A DNA stretch of 64,000 nt from Phoronis australis (GCA_002633005.1 NMRA01000166.1:634381-698380), one strand, 5' to 3'; counted from the first letter of the stretch, positions 25,794-38,758 are shown. Program-made: numbers and translations. The notes: generated from the sequence alone by a model not told the origin.

Positions 25794-26949
25794 CTGTGTG
25801 CGCGCTATGTCGTCTGGACGGCTTGAATGAAAAGGAATATTTCACGGCTAGCCGGTCGACCTCACCAGATAACGGAAGTTACCAAGTTGCGTGTTATCCA
25901 ACCAGAAGACGGGATCAAATTGTGGTCGTTCAAAACATAACGGAAGTTATCGTACTGCGTTTTAAACAACCAGAAGACGACATCAGTGGCTGCGTACCAA
26001 TAAAAAGAGCAAATGCACTATCAGTCTAAGTCTGAAACACAATGATAATGATGATTCCAAATGTTTCACATGTAACACATTACAGTGGCGACAATGAGAA
26101 TTCGAAGTACGGTCAAGAGATACAATTTGCATGCTTATGCAACTAGCAGTGGTTCTTATATGCCCATTAGTTTAACGACAAACTTTTCAAGATTTGCAAC
26201 AAACAAATAAAACTTTTACAAATTAACACAGCAGCAAGTTTTAAAAAATAAGCAGGATTGGTCTTATCTACGTCTTTTCATAAAGAATTACCATGACGTT
26301 TGGCAGATACAAAGAACATTACGGCGTTTTCCCGTTGCTCCCAACTAGTTCGATTCTATAGCCCAACAACAAGTTGCCGGGGAAGATGACCCTTGTAGTC
26401 AATATCTTACACGCTGATCAACTCCATTCCGGCATTTATGTTTGGAGGGCCAGCTCCCTTTTGTTCGATAATTGCTCTAATCTCCAATGAGATCATATCT
26501 AGCCTGACTGGGATGAGCTGTTAAAATAAAAGTTAAGTTATAACATATTTGAACATAAACCAATACCATTTCTGAAATCCTCGTCAAATGGTGATCATGT
26601 TTAATTTTTGAATCGCCAAAATCGCCCAACTGCAACCAAAGTTACGACAATCTAATTCTTTCCGAATGTACCAATTCGCTCTGGATTTGACTGTGTTCAC
26701 ACGTGGTCTGTAATAAGACTGGTAGATAACTGGCCTGCCTCTTGTCATACCAGACGAAAGACTGTGCTCGGCAGTTAACAAAGAAGCTAGATGTTATCAC
26801 AAGCTCACAACCCTCTACATCTGGTAATAGTCCAGTCATTCTACGGATAACCCGGAAAAAAATTGCAACAGAAGGTTTTATTGCATAAATGGTATTCTTT
26901 CACACCCCTTAGTGTGAAAAAAAGTCTACCGGAATCGGAGTGGCGGAAG

Positions 26950-27735
26950 TTGGTTTTTCAAGATGGCGGACAAAATGGCCGCCAGATTTTCTGATGCTCA
27001 CTTAACTCAAGAATGGAATGTGATAGAGTAAAAATTCAAAAAGGTTTACCTATATTTTGTGGGTCAACAAATCCATTGGAGATGGTTTTGTATGACTGTG
27101 GTGACACCGTCCGCCATTTTCGAAGATATCCGCCAAATCCTCTACTTGAGTCGCACAACTTAGCACGAACAGATTAGTGTGTCGTCTTGCATCAAACGTC
27201 GCATCATAGGTTTTCTGGGTCGACTAATCCATTGAGACTCATTGAATTTGGCACTAATTATTACTTCCACCATTTCCAAGATGGCGGACAAAATGGCCGC
27301 CAGATTTGCTGATGATCATTATAACTCGAGAGTGGAATGTGATAGAGTAAAAATTCAAAAAGGTTTACCTATCTTTTGTGGCTCAACAAAACCATTGGAA
27401 AAGTTTTGCACGGCTGTAGTGACACCATCACCCATTTTCCAAGATGGCCTCCAAAACTATTTCGAATCGCACTACTTCGCACAAACAGATTAGACCGTCT
27501 TGCTTCAAACATTGTATCATAGGTTTTCTGGGTCGACTAATCCATTTAGACTCATTGCGTTTGGCTCTGATGATTACTTCCACTACTTTCTAAGATGGCC
27601 ACCAAATGGGTGCTTCGTGTAAGAGCTTCTGATTCCAGAGACACACCGTATCCTGAGTTTTTAGGTCAGCACGTCCATTACAATAATTTTTGCCTGGCTC
27701 TTGATGAATACGACTACCATTTTCAAGATGGTTTA
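26950..27735. repeat. ~318-bp tandem duplication rich in AAGATGGC/AAAATGGC motifs (probable subterminal region of the adjacent transposon)
   Basis: CAAGATGGCGGACAAAATGGCCGCCAGATTT at 26959 and 27277, followed by colinear sequence. Confidence 0.8.
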
Positions 27736-27949
27736 ACGAATAACTTATTTGGGTCAAAAACATTAGGTTTTCCTGGACTGAAGGATCATTCTCCTCCTGA
27801 AAAAATGTGCTGTATTGAAAATAACTCTCTGCAAATAATTCAGTGATCTACTATCCACACTGTCTGTGTCACTTCCAGTTAGTTGTAAATGCTAGTGAAT
27901 CTATACACAATCAACCAGTATTTACACAACTAATCTCTGTTAACTGAGA

Positions 27950-29070
27950 ATGAATTGCTGCAGCTAAAACCACGGCATTATCCACAAGCAACCGAGTACG
28001 GCAATCCTAACTTCTTGCAAGTACACCTCTTGGAACTGCAGTTGGTCTTACACGAGCATCTCACTACTTTCAGCAGGTTCTCTGGTGCTGCTGACTGGTC
28101 TGTCGTCGTGGGAATGAATTTTCTACCTGCCAGCATCCATCCCCAATACAGCGAGTCTAGGCCACTGCCACGGAAACTTGACCGCTCTTGCTCTTGATAG
28201 TATGTCCCGGCAGCAGGGAATTTAGCTGCTGAAGAAAGTTGGTGATAATGACTGTATTTGGACTGTGACTAGTCTGAAACCTCATCCACAAATCGCCTGT
28301 ATCTCAAGTCATCCAAATTTCCAGATCCAGGACTGCCATGAAGCACAGATACAATTCTTACCAGCTTCAAACATGTCTTGCTTCAGCTGCATGTGTCTAG
28401 TGAATACTCTTACAAGAGTTCTTGCAGAATTCTCGATCACGCAGTCTTGAATGGGAAAGCCTTTGCTAATACCGAACAGTTGTAATTTTTGTGTTGCAAT
28501 CACTTATTGCATGCGCAAATGGCAAAACTGTGCAAGTTTCGGCACCAAGAGACAACTGTAGTTCCTTGATGTCCCAAACTCTCCTCTTGCTTTGCTTTGT
28601 CTCTTGTCAAATTTAATGAACATTGGAATTTGTTGTGAAGTAGCATGGTAACACAAAAGAACCAACAAGTCTGTATCGTCTGCAATAAGGGTAGATGGAC
28701 CCTGTGCTGCGTTCTCTAATGCTGTTTCTACAATTAAAACATCCGCGTCACCTTGAGCTTGCAGCACTGTGCAACCAGCATTTCCTATCAAACTTGACAA
28801 GAGATGAATGAATCGTTTGTTTTTGCTCTTTGCCAAAAATGTTCCTTTTTTACTTGATCACCATGTCACCATTGAAGTGAACTTCAGTTCCATCCACCCC
28901 ACCCAGTCTTCGAACAGGAGAGACATCTTTAGTTGACGGTCGATCTCATTAACCATTAAAAACAATAGTAGGCTGGGTGCACTTGCTGATGTAATCCACA
29001 TAAGCTCTACCAAATGACTGAAACGTTGCACCTCTAGGCCATGGAATACGGTGAAGGAGAGAACCGTCGT
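27950..29070 (-). mobile_element. Degenerate Academ-like DNA transposon ORF (XPG/FEN1-like nuclease + Cys8 finger)
   Basis: Minus-strand fragments GDADVLIV, ADDTDLLVLL, LPFAHAISDCNT/LFGISKG (H3TH-like) and WGW...PENLLKVVRCSCKTNCSSKRCTCKKLGLPYSVACG*CRGFSCSN; stops and frameshifts present. Confidence 0.7.
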
Positions 29071-29838
29071 CGATTACATGCATCACCGTATTTTCTGGAA
29101 ATTGAAGTCCTCCGGTAGTCCCCCGCTGGACCAGAGTGCATCAGCTCATATTGATTTATTAGTGACTCTGGGAAGACCAGATGTATCAAAAAGATAGGGT
29201 CATGAGTACGAGAACGCTGCAGAGTAATTAGGTCAAAAAATTTCAATTGTTCAGACAGACAACCTCTTATCCCTGGCTTCGTAGTCATTTATATAGCAAC
29301 AACTTTAGATTGTAATTATATTAAGACGCAAATTCGTATTATTGACGCACTCAAGATTACTAGGCGTCGAAAAAAAAAAACGATTCACTACAGACTCATT
29401 CCCGTGTCTCCGAACCAAGGCAGGCGCACTGATGCCAGCAAACGATTTCCGCGTGTCGTTCAGGTGAAAGATGATAGAGCCACGTTGATGATCATCTGTT
29501 CGGTTAACTGGCAGGTGATATTAGATTGATGGTACCTCATTTACACATATCTCATTAACTGAACTTCTTGCTGCTTGAAATGCTACGGTGAAATGATCTC
29601 TCAAGATCGTAGCCTAGGCCTACGCTTTACATGTACTGGCTATGCTGCTTAAGATGACATTATCTCACTATCTTTTGTGTAAATACACAAAACGTACCGA
29701 GCGTGGCGTAAGCGAAGTAATATCCCATGTTACTTCATGTATGCCACTTTCGGTACGTTTTGTGTACGTATAGGAGTTAACGAGTCGTTGGTGACATGCC
29801 AAGGGTCATGTGTCATCACTGATGCTGCGAAGGTACAG

Positions 29839-30460
29839 GTTACTGGAAATGAAGAGGAGGGATTGGATGGTGCAACTGTTGTCGGCATAATTGTTGGGTT
29901 ACTTGGACTGATGTTGGTTACACTGGCCGCGAGTCATTTTTAGTATTATTACAGGAAGGGAACATGGAAAAGAGGAAAGGACAGCGCTAAACGTTCAAAA
30001 CCTAACCAACGTGGGGAGGATATGAAAGTGAGCAGACAAGATGTTATAGATGAAAATGTTCGAGAAAAGCATTATGAATACAAATATTGCGCATGGGGAC
30101 TGCGATTCGATGTATCAAAATGTCGCTGCTGAATCTCGACCTTGTGAGGCGCTCTTCCCACAAATAGATGGAGGGGAAGGCAAAGAAGTTGATTCAGATC
30201 CTGGTGCTAACTTTCGGGATACCGCCGAAGAGAGGGATTCCTTCCCGCCGTCGCCAAACACTAACGCCGCTCACGGTGAGTACGACTCAATATATAAGGA
30301 GGAAGTTGCTGCTGCTCTTCAGTCGGAGGATTTGGTGAATGAAGACGAAGAAGAAAAGTCAGCCGTTGTCAACGTCATTAGTTTTGCTCAAGTTGAGGAG
30401 GTGCGTGATAACACTAACATAGCGCAAGAAATACAGTGGCACAGCAAAGCCGCTTTTTAA
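29839..30460 (+). pseudogene. Disrupted TM + cytoplasmic segment of a type I receptor-like gene
   Basis: GLDGATVVGIIVGLLGLMLVTLAASHF*YYYRKGTWKRGK (TM plus basic stop-transfer, broken by TAG at 29941); frameshift near 30065 into an acidic tail with repeated NTN.AHG..DS.Y. Confidence 0.55.
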
Positions 30461-30929
30461 TTGGAGCAGACAGGACAGTAAGTTTTTGTAACTGCACACG
30501 GATTATGTGTATTAAATGAGCAGACATCAACAAGAAATACATTTTGTTTCTGTAAGCTACTTAAAGTGAAACATGATTTTTAATAATTGTGAGAAATGTC
30601 AAGTAGAGCCTACGAGAAAAAAAATAATAATGTTAAATCATAATGTAGTGCCTTGTTTTTTTCAAAACGCTCGGTGTACAGCTCCAAAACATTAATGTCG
30701 CCGCTGAGACATATTCTAACCAACAACATATGACTCAGAACACAGCATAGCTGACATGTAACCGGGATGTGCTCCTCGTGAGAGAAGCGAAACCACGCGA
30801 AATTATTTCACGATAGCCAATACAGCCACTCAAGCAAAGCTGAAGATCCATCGAAAAATGTAAACCATAGGCAACCAAATCTCCCTATTTCTTAACCATA
30901 TAAGAAACAAAAATGTGTTTTATTAGTAT

Positions 30930-32140
30930 CACAAAGTGTTGGTGGTAGTGGTGTATACGAGTCATCTGAGTCATCTGAGTGAACGACCAACATCACTGCA
31001 CAAGGAACATCATCATAACCACTCCGTCCCCCGAAGAAGTACATCCCGAAGTGTGTATATGCTGACAATTCCAATCAGTGGCTGATTCACTTGCCTTCTG
31101 TTTCTTCCACAAAGTCTTGATTTTCTGCAAGCAGCCCATCCAACTCCTAGCTCACGAAGGCGTTCCAAATGATGATGTTCCGATTCCTTTTTGTCTTTCT
31201 TCAGCTTCTCCCGGACCATATTCACAATTTCCGGTTGATCAGGACACAGCTTCCCTTCTGGTTTTGCTTTCCCAGCCAGCTCATCAGCATGTTCATTGCA
31301 CCTGACTCCAGCATGGCCTGGGGTAAATATCCAGGTGATCTTTTTCAAAGTCGACTTTCTTATGAGCTCAGTCCATTCAGCTCTCAAATGTCCACTTTCA
31401 ATTTTCTCCGGAGTACTTTGTGAATCTGTAACAAAGATCACAGGTGCCTGCCGAGTTGTTGTGACCCACTCGAAAGCCTGTGTAATTGCTTCTATCTCCA
31501 TTATCATGCTGAAAGTTCTCATATTGTAAGCTCCTTGCTGTTCCTGCACTAGTGTGCCATTTACAATGGCTAAGAAACCCCATCCAGATTGTTCTCCTCT
31601 TTTAACAGATCCATCCGTGTAAACAACTACATCTCCATGCGAAGAGTTGTGTTCAATAAGTTGTTTTATTTAAGCATCTGTCGCCCCCTGCGCCCACTCT
31701 CTACATTCTCTACTCAACGTGATCACCACCTTTCCAAAATCTGCCTGCTGTTTCTCATTCGTCTGAATCCACTCTTCTGCCCGCGGTATAGTTTCCAGTG
31801 CACATACATCTTTGATGGGGTCTTCTGCCTGAGCCATACAAGAAGCTCCTCGTTTCAGGCGGTTGCCCTTGGTTGTTCCGATGAATGCATGAAGTGAATG
31901 TTGCTTATCAGCTGCTACTTTTAAGTATGCTCTGACCTGAGCCACTTTGTGCCTGTTTTCCAATGACATAAGGCCCAAAACATATCTCATACAGAAAACA
32001 GGTGCATCTTTGGTGCAGCCAAGTATGATGCGCAATGCCTGATTTTGATTTCTCTCCAACTTGTAAACTTGGGTTTTTGTCAGGGTCAATACCCGTGGTG
32101 GATACGAGGAACAGATAAATTCAAGGGTGTGTGGTAACAC
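30930..32140 (-). mobile_element. 5'-truncated non-LTR retrotransposon with RNase H (I/Ingi/Nimb-type architecture)
   Basis: ORFs 32140-31670 and 31549-31013 share a frame, separated by one TAA; post-RT KLERNQNQALRIILG, then RNase H motifs YTDGS, E, TDSQ, PGHAG..NEHAD; short repetitive 3' tail. Confidence 0.88.
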
Positions 32141-33469
32141 TGAAAAATCAAGTCGCCTCCAATATTATAGACATCGGTCCATTCCAAAAACAATGACAAA
32201 TCAATTAGTAAATTTTAATTCAAAGACTGTTCCAAGAAAGTAAGAAAGTAATCTTAAGTTTTTGACTTAAGTTTTGTCTTAAGTTTGTCTAACTCATCGG
32301 ATATGGAAATTTCAAAGTTTGGAGGTTGATAAAAATCTTAGACTTACTGGTAAGTCAAAAACGAACTTTAGCTCCCATGTTGTTGATAGCAGTTCGTCAA
32401 TCATTCGCTCGGTGGAGCCACAGGTCACGCAAAGTATTATGGACAATATTTTGGAGCTTTGTAGGAATGTTGTTTTTAGCAGACGACGAGTTACTGAATG
32501 AGTTGAAGTTATTAGACATAACCAGGGCCCGGTCTCTAATTTCCGTTCTCTGACTCCACTCAGACTCAGACTCACACTTTATAATCAATTCGAGTTCAGT
32601 CTCAGCTTTGATGTATTCAATGTCATACTCTAAAAATCTGTACTCGAAATTTCGAGCACCTATTCACTTTTCGAGTACTCTTGAATTGAAGTATATCTCA
32701 TTTATATTTCGAGTACGATTTTGGCTAAAAATTCCGGGTATATGCTCCAAATTTCAAGTTTCCTTTGACAGTGTGCTTGAAATCGTACTCGAAAATAACT
32801 ACGAGCGAGAAAAGAAAATATCGAAAGACGTAGCAAAGCTTTGGAAAAAATAAGTCCTTATACCATATTTCAGCGCTTCAGTTTCAGTCCTGAGATAACA
32901 GTTTTCATTTTAAATCTTCTTCATCTTATTAAACCCGCCGTATCCCCACAATTCATTGCCGCCAATTTATAAACTCCTTCTTACTGTACGATTCCTGGCA
33001 ATAGGTGCATTCTAATCCGTTGTCGGCGAGTCATTACAAGTGTCAAAAGCAGCTGTGCCTGTGGGGAAAGCCGTGTAGGAAGTTTGTGCTGCCGTGATTG
33101 CAGTAGGTACCCCAACGGTTTGTAGGGTTTCCCAAAGACGAGGAGGCGAGAAAAGTTAAAAAAACATTTTGCTTCCCTTCCAGAAACATTTCAAATCATA
33201 GTTTAGTCCTCGATAATTCCTCAATCCCCGAATGGTATTCCAGATTTTGTTTGCCGATTTCTAAGTTGACGTCTCGTCCAGTTCACTGATGAAAAATGGA
33301 TGCCTGTATGTCAGAAGAAATATTGATTAAGTAATTAGTAAGACTAGACCAAAATTAAGTTGCATATGTACTATGTCTTTTAAATCATGGGGTCAAACCT
33401 GTTGACACGTACTTTAACGTCAAAATCTATTTTAGATGGTGTTTACAACTTTGGTTCTGGGGTCAAAGC

Positions 33470-33640
33470 ACTCTAGAGATTCTAGAAATTTCTGAGAACA
33501 AATGGTAACAGCCAATGATATGATTGGATATGATCATATGTGATTTTTATTAGCCAATCGCTAAATAAGTTGAATATTACAATATGGGCTAAAATCAAGA
33601 AGATATTCAGATGAGCTATAGTAGTTGAGGTAATAAATTA
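33470..33640. repeat. Interspersed repeat, direct copy at ~44740-44880
   Basis: GATTCTAGAA.TTTCTGAGA...AGCCAATGATATGAT...GTGATTTTTATTAGCCAATCG shared. Confidence 0.7.
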
Positions 33641-36600
33641 GAGGAAAAAAGTTTCTTGATCAAGAAATGTCTTATCTTTACCTCCATATCGTGAAATTGA
33701 TGCAAAGAACCAGCCTGAAGTGAGCAATTGTCCCTATCGTGTGAGCGCCGTGCGTAATTGTCATCAAATCGGCACTGGCTTTACTACCCGTTAAAAATGT
33801 AAAAAAGAAGTTTCAACAAACAAGAACCAGTTTTATCTCAAAACAGTGAGCTCCACATCTGTTCTTGATTTTGCTGCTAGGACACCGTAACCGGCGACTG
33901 AATCAAGTACCGGTAATTCCCCGACCTGCAGTCTCCGTGACTCTTCGCCGGGAAAATTCACTAGCTAAGTTGGCTTTATTTTTGAATTATCAGGGACAAT
34001 ATATTTTCAAACCTCACATATTCTTGCAATATATACCTCTAATGTCTTAATATAAAAATTCAGCGCCGCAAACCAGAGCGGGGGGAGTGTCGTGAATTTT
34101 AGTCAATGAGCTGAATGTCGGCAATGGCAAAATATTGCAGTGTTAGGAGCAAGACGCAGTATTTTTTAATCTCTTTGTCACAGGAATATCACTCATTCGA
34201 GGGCCGGGTAGCTAATAAATGTTTTCATCTTTCCCTGCGCGGAGCACATACGTCCGCGCGCGCACGGCAGGCCAGGCGGTCCGGCTCCGCCGGCTAGCAG
34301 CGTATACGAATCTTTCTGGCTAAGTTAGAATTATTCCTTTTACTTTAAACTAATTAATACTTATATTATACCATTTGGCTCCATGGCAGGTTTTCTACCT
34401 GAAGTTATTTCTCAACCAAATGGTTGCCCATTCTCTTGGCAGTCAGCCGTCCGACCGTAGCGAAGTCGCGTCTAAATTCTAACTGTATAGCAATTTTATT
34501 CAATAATTTCAGTGATGTGCATTTCGTTGTTCTCTTTATACTGTTTGTCTACCTTTAATCAAACCCAGTAAAACACGGTTAGCTTAGCCCGCCATAGTCA
34601 GCCCCGGTTGTTAGTCAATCGTTGGCGCAGGACTGTTACTATTCCGTAATTTTATACAAGTGTCGGAAACTATCTTTGTATGTATACGGCATTCTTGATT
34701 TGGACCATTTATTCTGATAAAACAGTCGAGGACGGCGTGCTTTGGTCTTTTGTCAGTGCCAGTGGTCTCGGATCGGTCTGCAGCGGGTCATCGGCTGCAG
34801 CTCCGAGCCCGGCAAAATAATATCTGTCAAAATTTATTTAGCCACATTTTGAGTACAAGTTGCCCCTATTTTTGGTTTTATTAAAGTTGAGGTCCGTTGT
34901 CGATTATTTTATCCCCGTTTGCAGGCTCATAACAGACACTGGCCCAGTCGCACAGCCGGCTTGTACTAAGCCTGAGTTTCTGAACGAATTTTACTTACGG
35001 GTTCGCGGTTAGTTCAAAACGGCGGTGTAATCTTCGGGTCGGAATTGAGAGTGACGCCTTTATTTAAACTTTCTTCGACTACGGATTGTGTATCGCATGA
35101 TAGTCATAAGAAGATCATTTTCATAATGTTCGTTAGTAACTTCCTTTGTGTCAGTCTGTTATTCACCTGATAACTCTTTACAATGAGGTTTTCATAACCT
35201 CTATAGTACTGCATGATTTCACTGCCATGAGCCCCTTCAGACTGTTTGGACACCCAAGTGCATGTACAAAAAGTACTATAGTCATTTTGTCAGTCATTCA
35301 TTTTTGAATTTTTGCTGAGACTAGTTCTCACTTTACAAGTTAATTTTGCTTCGTTCTCGGTTGTTGACATCTTGGCTTCAGCTGGATTGTTTTCTAGCTG
35401 ACAAATAGAAGCAGGCTACACTACAAAAATTGTCTCTGAAGAGCTGCTCTCGGCCAAAAGGACTAATTGTGATTAAACAACTTCTGGGTGGCCTAAATTG
35501 TGTACATGTATGACTCAAAATGTTGCCTGTCGTTCATGCAATGCTTAACGGAGTAAAATATGGTGGATGCACTTTTCACCATGAAATTGATCTGCCGCCA
35601 TAGTCCGTTTGCAATATTAAACGATCATTCTATATTTTCTGACTGAATCCTAACCTTCAGGATGGCGTAAATTTGAGGTCAAGAGTAAACTCACTGCAAG
35701 TTTAGTTAGCATACAGGTATGACGACTTGGCGTCGAGAAGCCGTTTAGTAACTCATTTATTGGTAAAAAAGGAGAGACGTTACTTACTAGAAGACTGTAA
35801 GTTAGGTACGCATAACGTTTCGAGCCTGCAGATCAGGCCCTTGTTCACATGTCTGATCTTCCCGTCGTTGTTGAACCGGAAGTAATACCTTGTCGTAAAT
35901 GGGGGCAAGTTGTAGTCCTTGGTCATTTATTGTAACAACTGATTAACACTAATCTCCATGGGACATTAAAAAGAAGACTCTGTGCGGACTTTATGTGGCA
36001 TCATTAAAAAGCAGACGTCTTTTGCTATTTTTGTGAAGATCACACTGATTCAACAATGGACGATTCTTTGATAATGCGAGGATAGGTTGCATAAACTTCA
36101 AAACTAATCTGCTGGTTAAGTTTGGTTGTTGCGTGGCGACAAGTATATCGTTTACAAAAAAAAACGTTGCGTGTGATAATGGGACCTGTTATTTCACTAA
36201 TGTGTACTTTACGACGTTTTTTACACCGAAGCGATGAGATGGACGACAGGACCTGCGTTATTACCGGACACGGGGCTGTGACTCCTATGTTTCAGTGTCG
36301 GATTTCGATTTAAGCAAGCCGGCTAACCGGATGCAGACTTATTTCAGTACAATCGAAATCAACGACTATGTAGAAGTCGAAAGAACCTTAGGAATTATCC
36401 TCACTAACTGTTAGAAGAAGGTGACACTGGTTTTAGAAATTTTGCTGTTCTATTTGTCTACTAGCAAAGAATATCTGATTGACATGACTCATGAGGTCAG
36501 ACCAGTGATGATGTAATTTGTGTAGAATGGAATACTAGAGAACATTCTAGTAGATTCCAGCATATAAGTGATTAACATAGAACCGTAGTCTGGAACACTC

Positions 36601-37009
36601 TACAGCTTAGTATATCTTTGTAGAGTGGTTGGATAGAGTTTGGAAAGGTCTAGCAAGTGCTTGAATTAGTGAAAAATTCCATAACATTGTAAGACGCTAC
36701 ACATAGGCTACCAGGCACGGGTTAGGGACATCCGGTTGACGTAGAGTTAAGTAAAAATTGAAAATACAGCGGCAGTTGAAGTTGCAGTTGATTCAAAGTT
36801 ACAAAATCAAAAGTTATAGCGATAATTAGTAAAAGATAGGTGTAGAGACAGTGGCTTATGTAACCAACGAGTGTAACTAGAAAGATTATTGTCACGGCGT
36901 GACAATAACGGAATCTGCGCGTGCGTATTACTGGAATTGTTATGGAAAGCAACCCATTTACCAATATAAAAAGGAATTCTTTAAAATTGTAGGAGACATT
37001 ACACATTAA

Positions 37010-38170
37010 TTTGTCGATGACCTTTCCACTTATTGACCTCTTCCGGTGCGTTATGAGCCCCGATGAGGGAGTAATTGTTAACTCGATTAAAAGTGTGGTT
37101 AATGCTAAAAATCACAGATGTTGTACTTTAAGCACTTCAGAATACAAGATGAATGAATTGGTCAAACTTTCAGAAGAAATATACACCTAATGACCCCTTG
37201 GGTGCACCAACTGACCTGAAAATTTAAAATTCAAACTCAATCGCAGTTAGTAAACAGATATGTAATTTTGAAGTCTCTATCTCAAAATTTTCGTTTGCAC
37301 TCAATGACCTTTGACCTATTTTTCTGATTGGTTAGGCCTATTGCGAAGTAAAGTAGGGTATTCAATTGCCGTGTTGACTTACACCAGTGTGCTGAAATTT
37401 AAAAGAATTCCTTGAAAAACGTAAGAGATATAACATTTTGAACGTTACATGATCTTTGCACTAATTGACCCTATCCGGTGCATTATAAGCGTCTTTAAGA
37501 GAATTATTGCAAAGCCCATGGAAAATGTGTTTAACACTGAGAATCACAGTTGTCTGACGGTTGACATCAGTATACTTGCTGATTGAAAAATTCAAATTTT
37601 CAGAAGAAAAATGCACTTAATGACCCCATGTTTGCACTAAATGACCTGAAACTTTGGATTCCGAATTGAATTACATTTGGCAATCAGACCTGTCAATTTG
37701 AAATGTCTAGCTCAAAATTTTAGTTTGCACCTAATGACCTTTGACCTATTTCACCTGATTGGATGACCCGATTACTTAGAAAAGTAATTTTTTAAATTGT
37801 CATGTTGACTTATACCTGTGCACCGAATTTAAAAAGATAGCTTTAAAACTGAAGGAGGAGTAGCATTTTGAAAATTATATGACCTTTGCACCAATCGACC
37901 TCTTTCGGTGCAATATGGAATATGATTATATAACTAATCAAAATTTGTATACTGTCAAAAGTCATATGCTGAATTTAAAGACCGTACCTGCACCCAATTT
38001 GGAGTTATTAAGCCTCAAGGTTGGTCGGAAGAAAAATAAGAATAAGAAGAAGAATAAAATTGAAGAAAACCCAGGAACAACAGTACTCTGCGCTTACACG
38101 CGCAGAGTAATAAAATTGAAGAAAACCCAGTAACAACAGTACTCTGCGCTTACCCGCGCTGAGTAACAAT
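37010..38170. mobile_element. Non-autonomous element with ~430-bp internal tandem duplication and duplicated terminal hairpin
   Basis: ~37020-37450 repeated at ~37450-37880 (both contain AATGACCTTTGACCTATTT); hairpin TACTCTGCGC-TTACAC-GCGCAGAGTA at 38084-38109, duplicated to ~38168. Confidence 0.6.
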
Positions 38171-38510
38171 TGCTGCATGTGACCTATGAGTTCATTGCAG
38201 GGCTTCTAAGCACTGGTTGGAGCATAGAACAGACATTATGCCGGACGTATTGTTTGAGTAGACTTGTGTACGAACGGTGACAAATGCTTTCACGAACAAG
38301 AATCGACAGTTGCCAAAACGTTTAAAATAGCAATAGCCATGGGCATATGTTGCACATAGGATTAAACTAAATTTATGTGATTGCAAAAGATTGTCATTGT
38401 TTTGCTTATTCACCATTCCGTAACTATTAGTTTGTTTGTATGTCTTTTTCACTGGGATTAGGTTTCTCAACGTTAAAAAAAGTTTGCACCACAAGCATTT
38501 CACTCACTTT

Positions 38511-38516
38511 TTTATT
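38511..38516 (-). terminator. Candidate polyadenylation signal AATAAA of the EF-hand precursor gene
   Basis: AATAAA on the minus strand ~45 nt after the stop at 38560. Confidence 0.55.
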
Positions 38517-38559
38517 CATCGAAGTTGATAAATAAATAAATATCAATACGAAGAAAATT

Positions 38560-38758
38560 TTATTTTTTGTAGGCATTTTTTCCAACAAAATCTAGAAGCT
38601 CAGCCACTTCGTAGACAACTTCGTTAGCGTCGAATTCTAACTTGAAATTTTTGACGGCCTGTGTAAGGACTTGATCGACCTTTTTCAATTCCTTGATATC
38701 CAAAACGTAATCCATATTCCCGTCGAGCCAATGGATAATATACCAGACAGTGCCAGAT
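38560..38758 (-). CDS. Secreted repeat-propeptide/EF-hand protein, terminal coding exon 5
   Basis: ctctcttttgcag acceptor in phase 2; SGTVWYIIHWLDGNMDYVLDIKELKK...LEFDANEVVYEVAELLDFVGKNAYKK*; EF-like loop DGNMDYVLDIKE. Confidence 0.7.

Noticed and set aside
26415-26517. Orphan minus-strand exon candidate (LIPVRLDMISLEIRAIIEQKGAGPPNINAGMELIS)
   Set aside because: Good acceptor, but no partner exons and no recognisable family.
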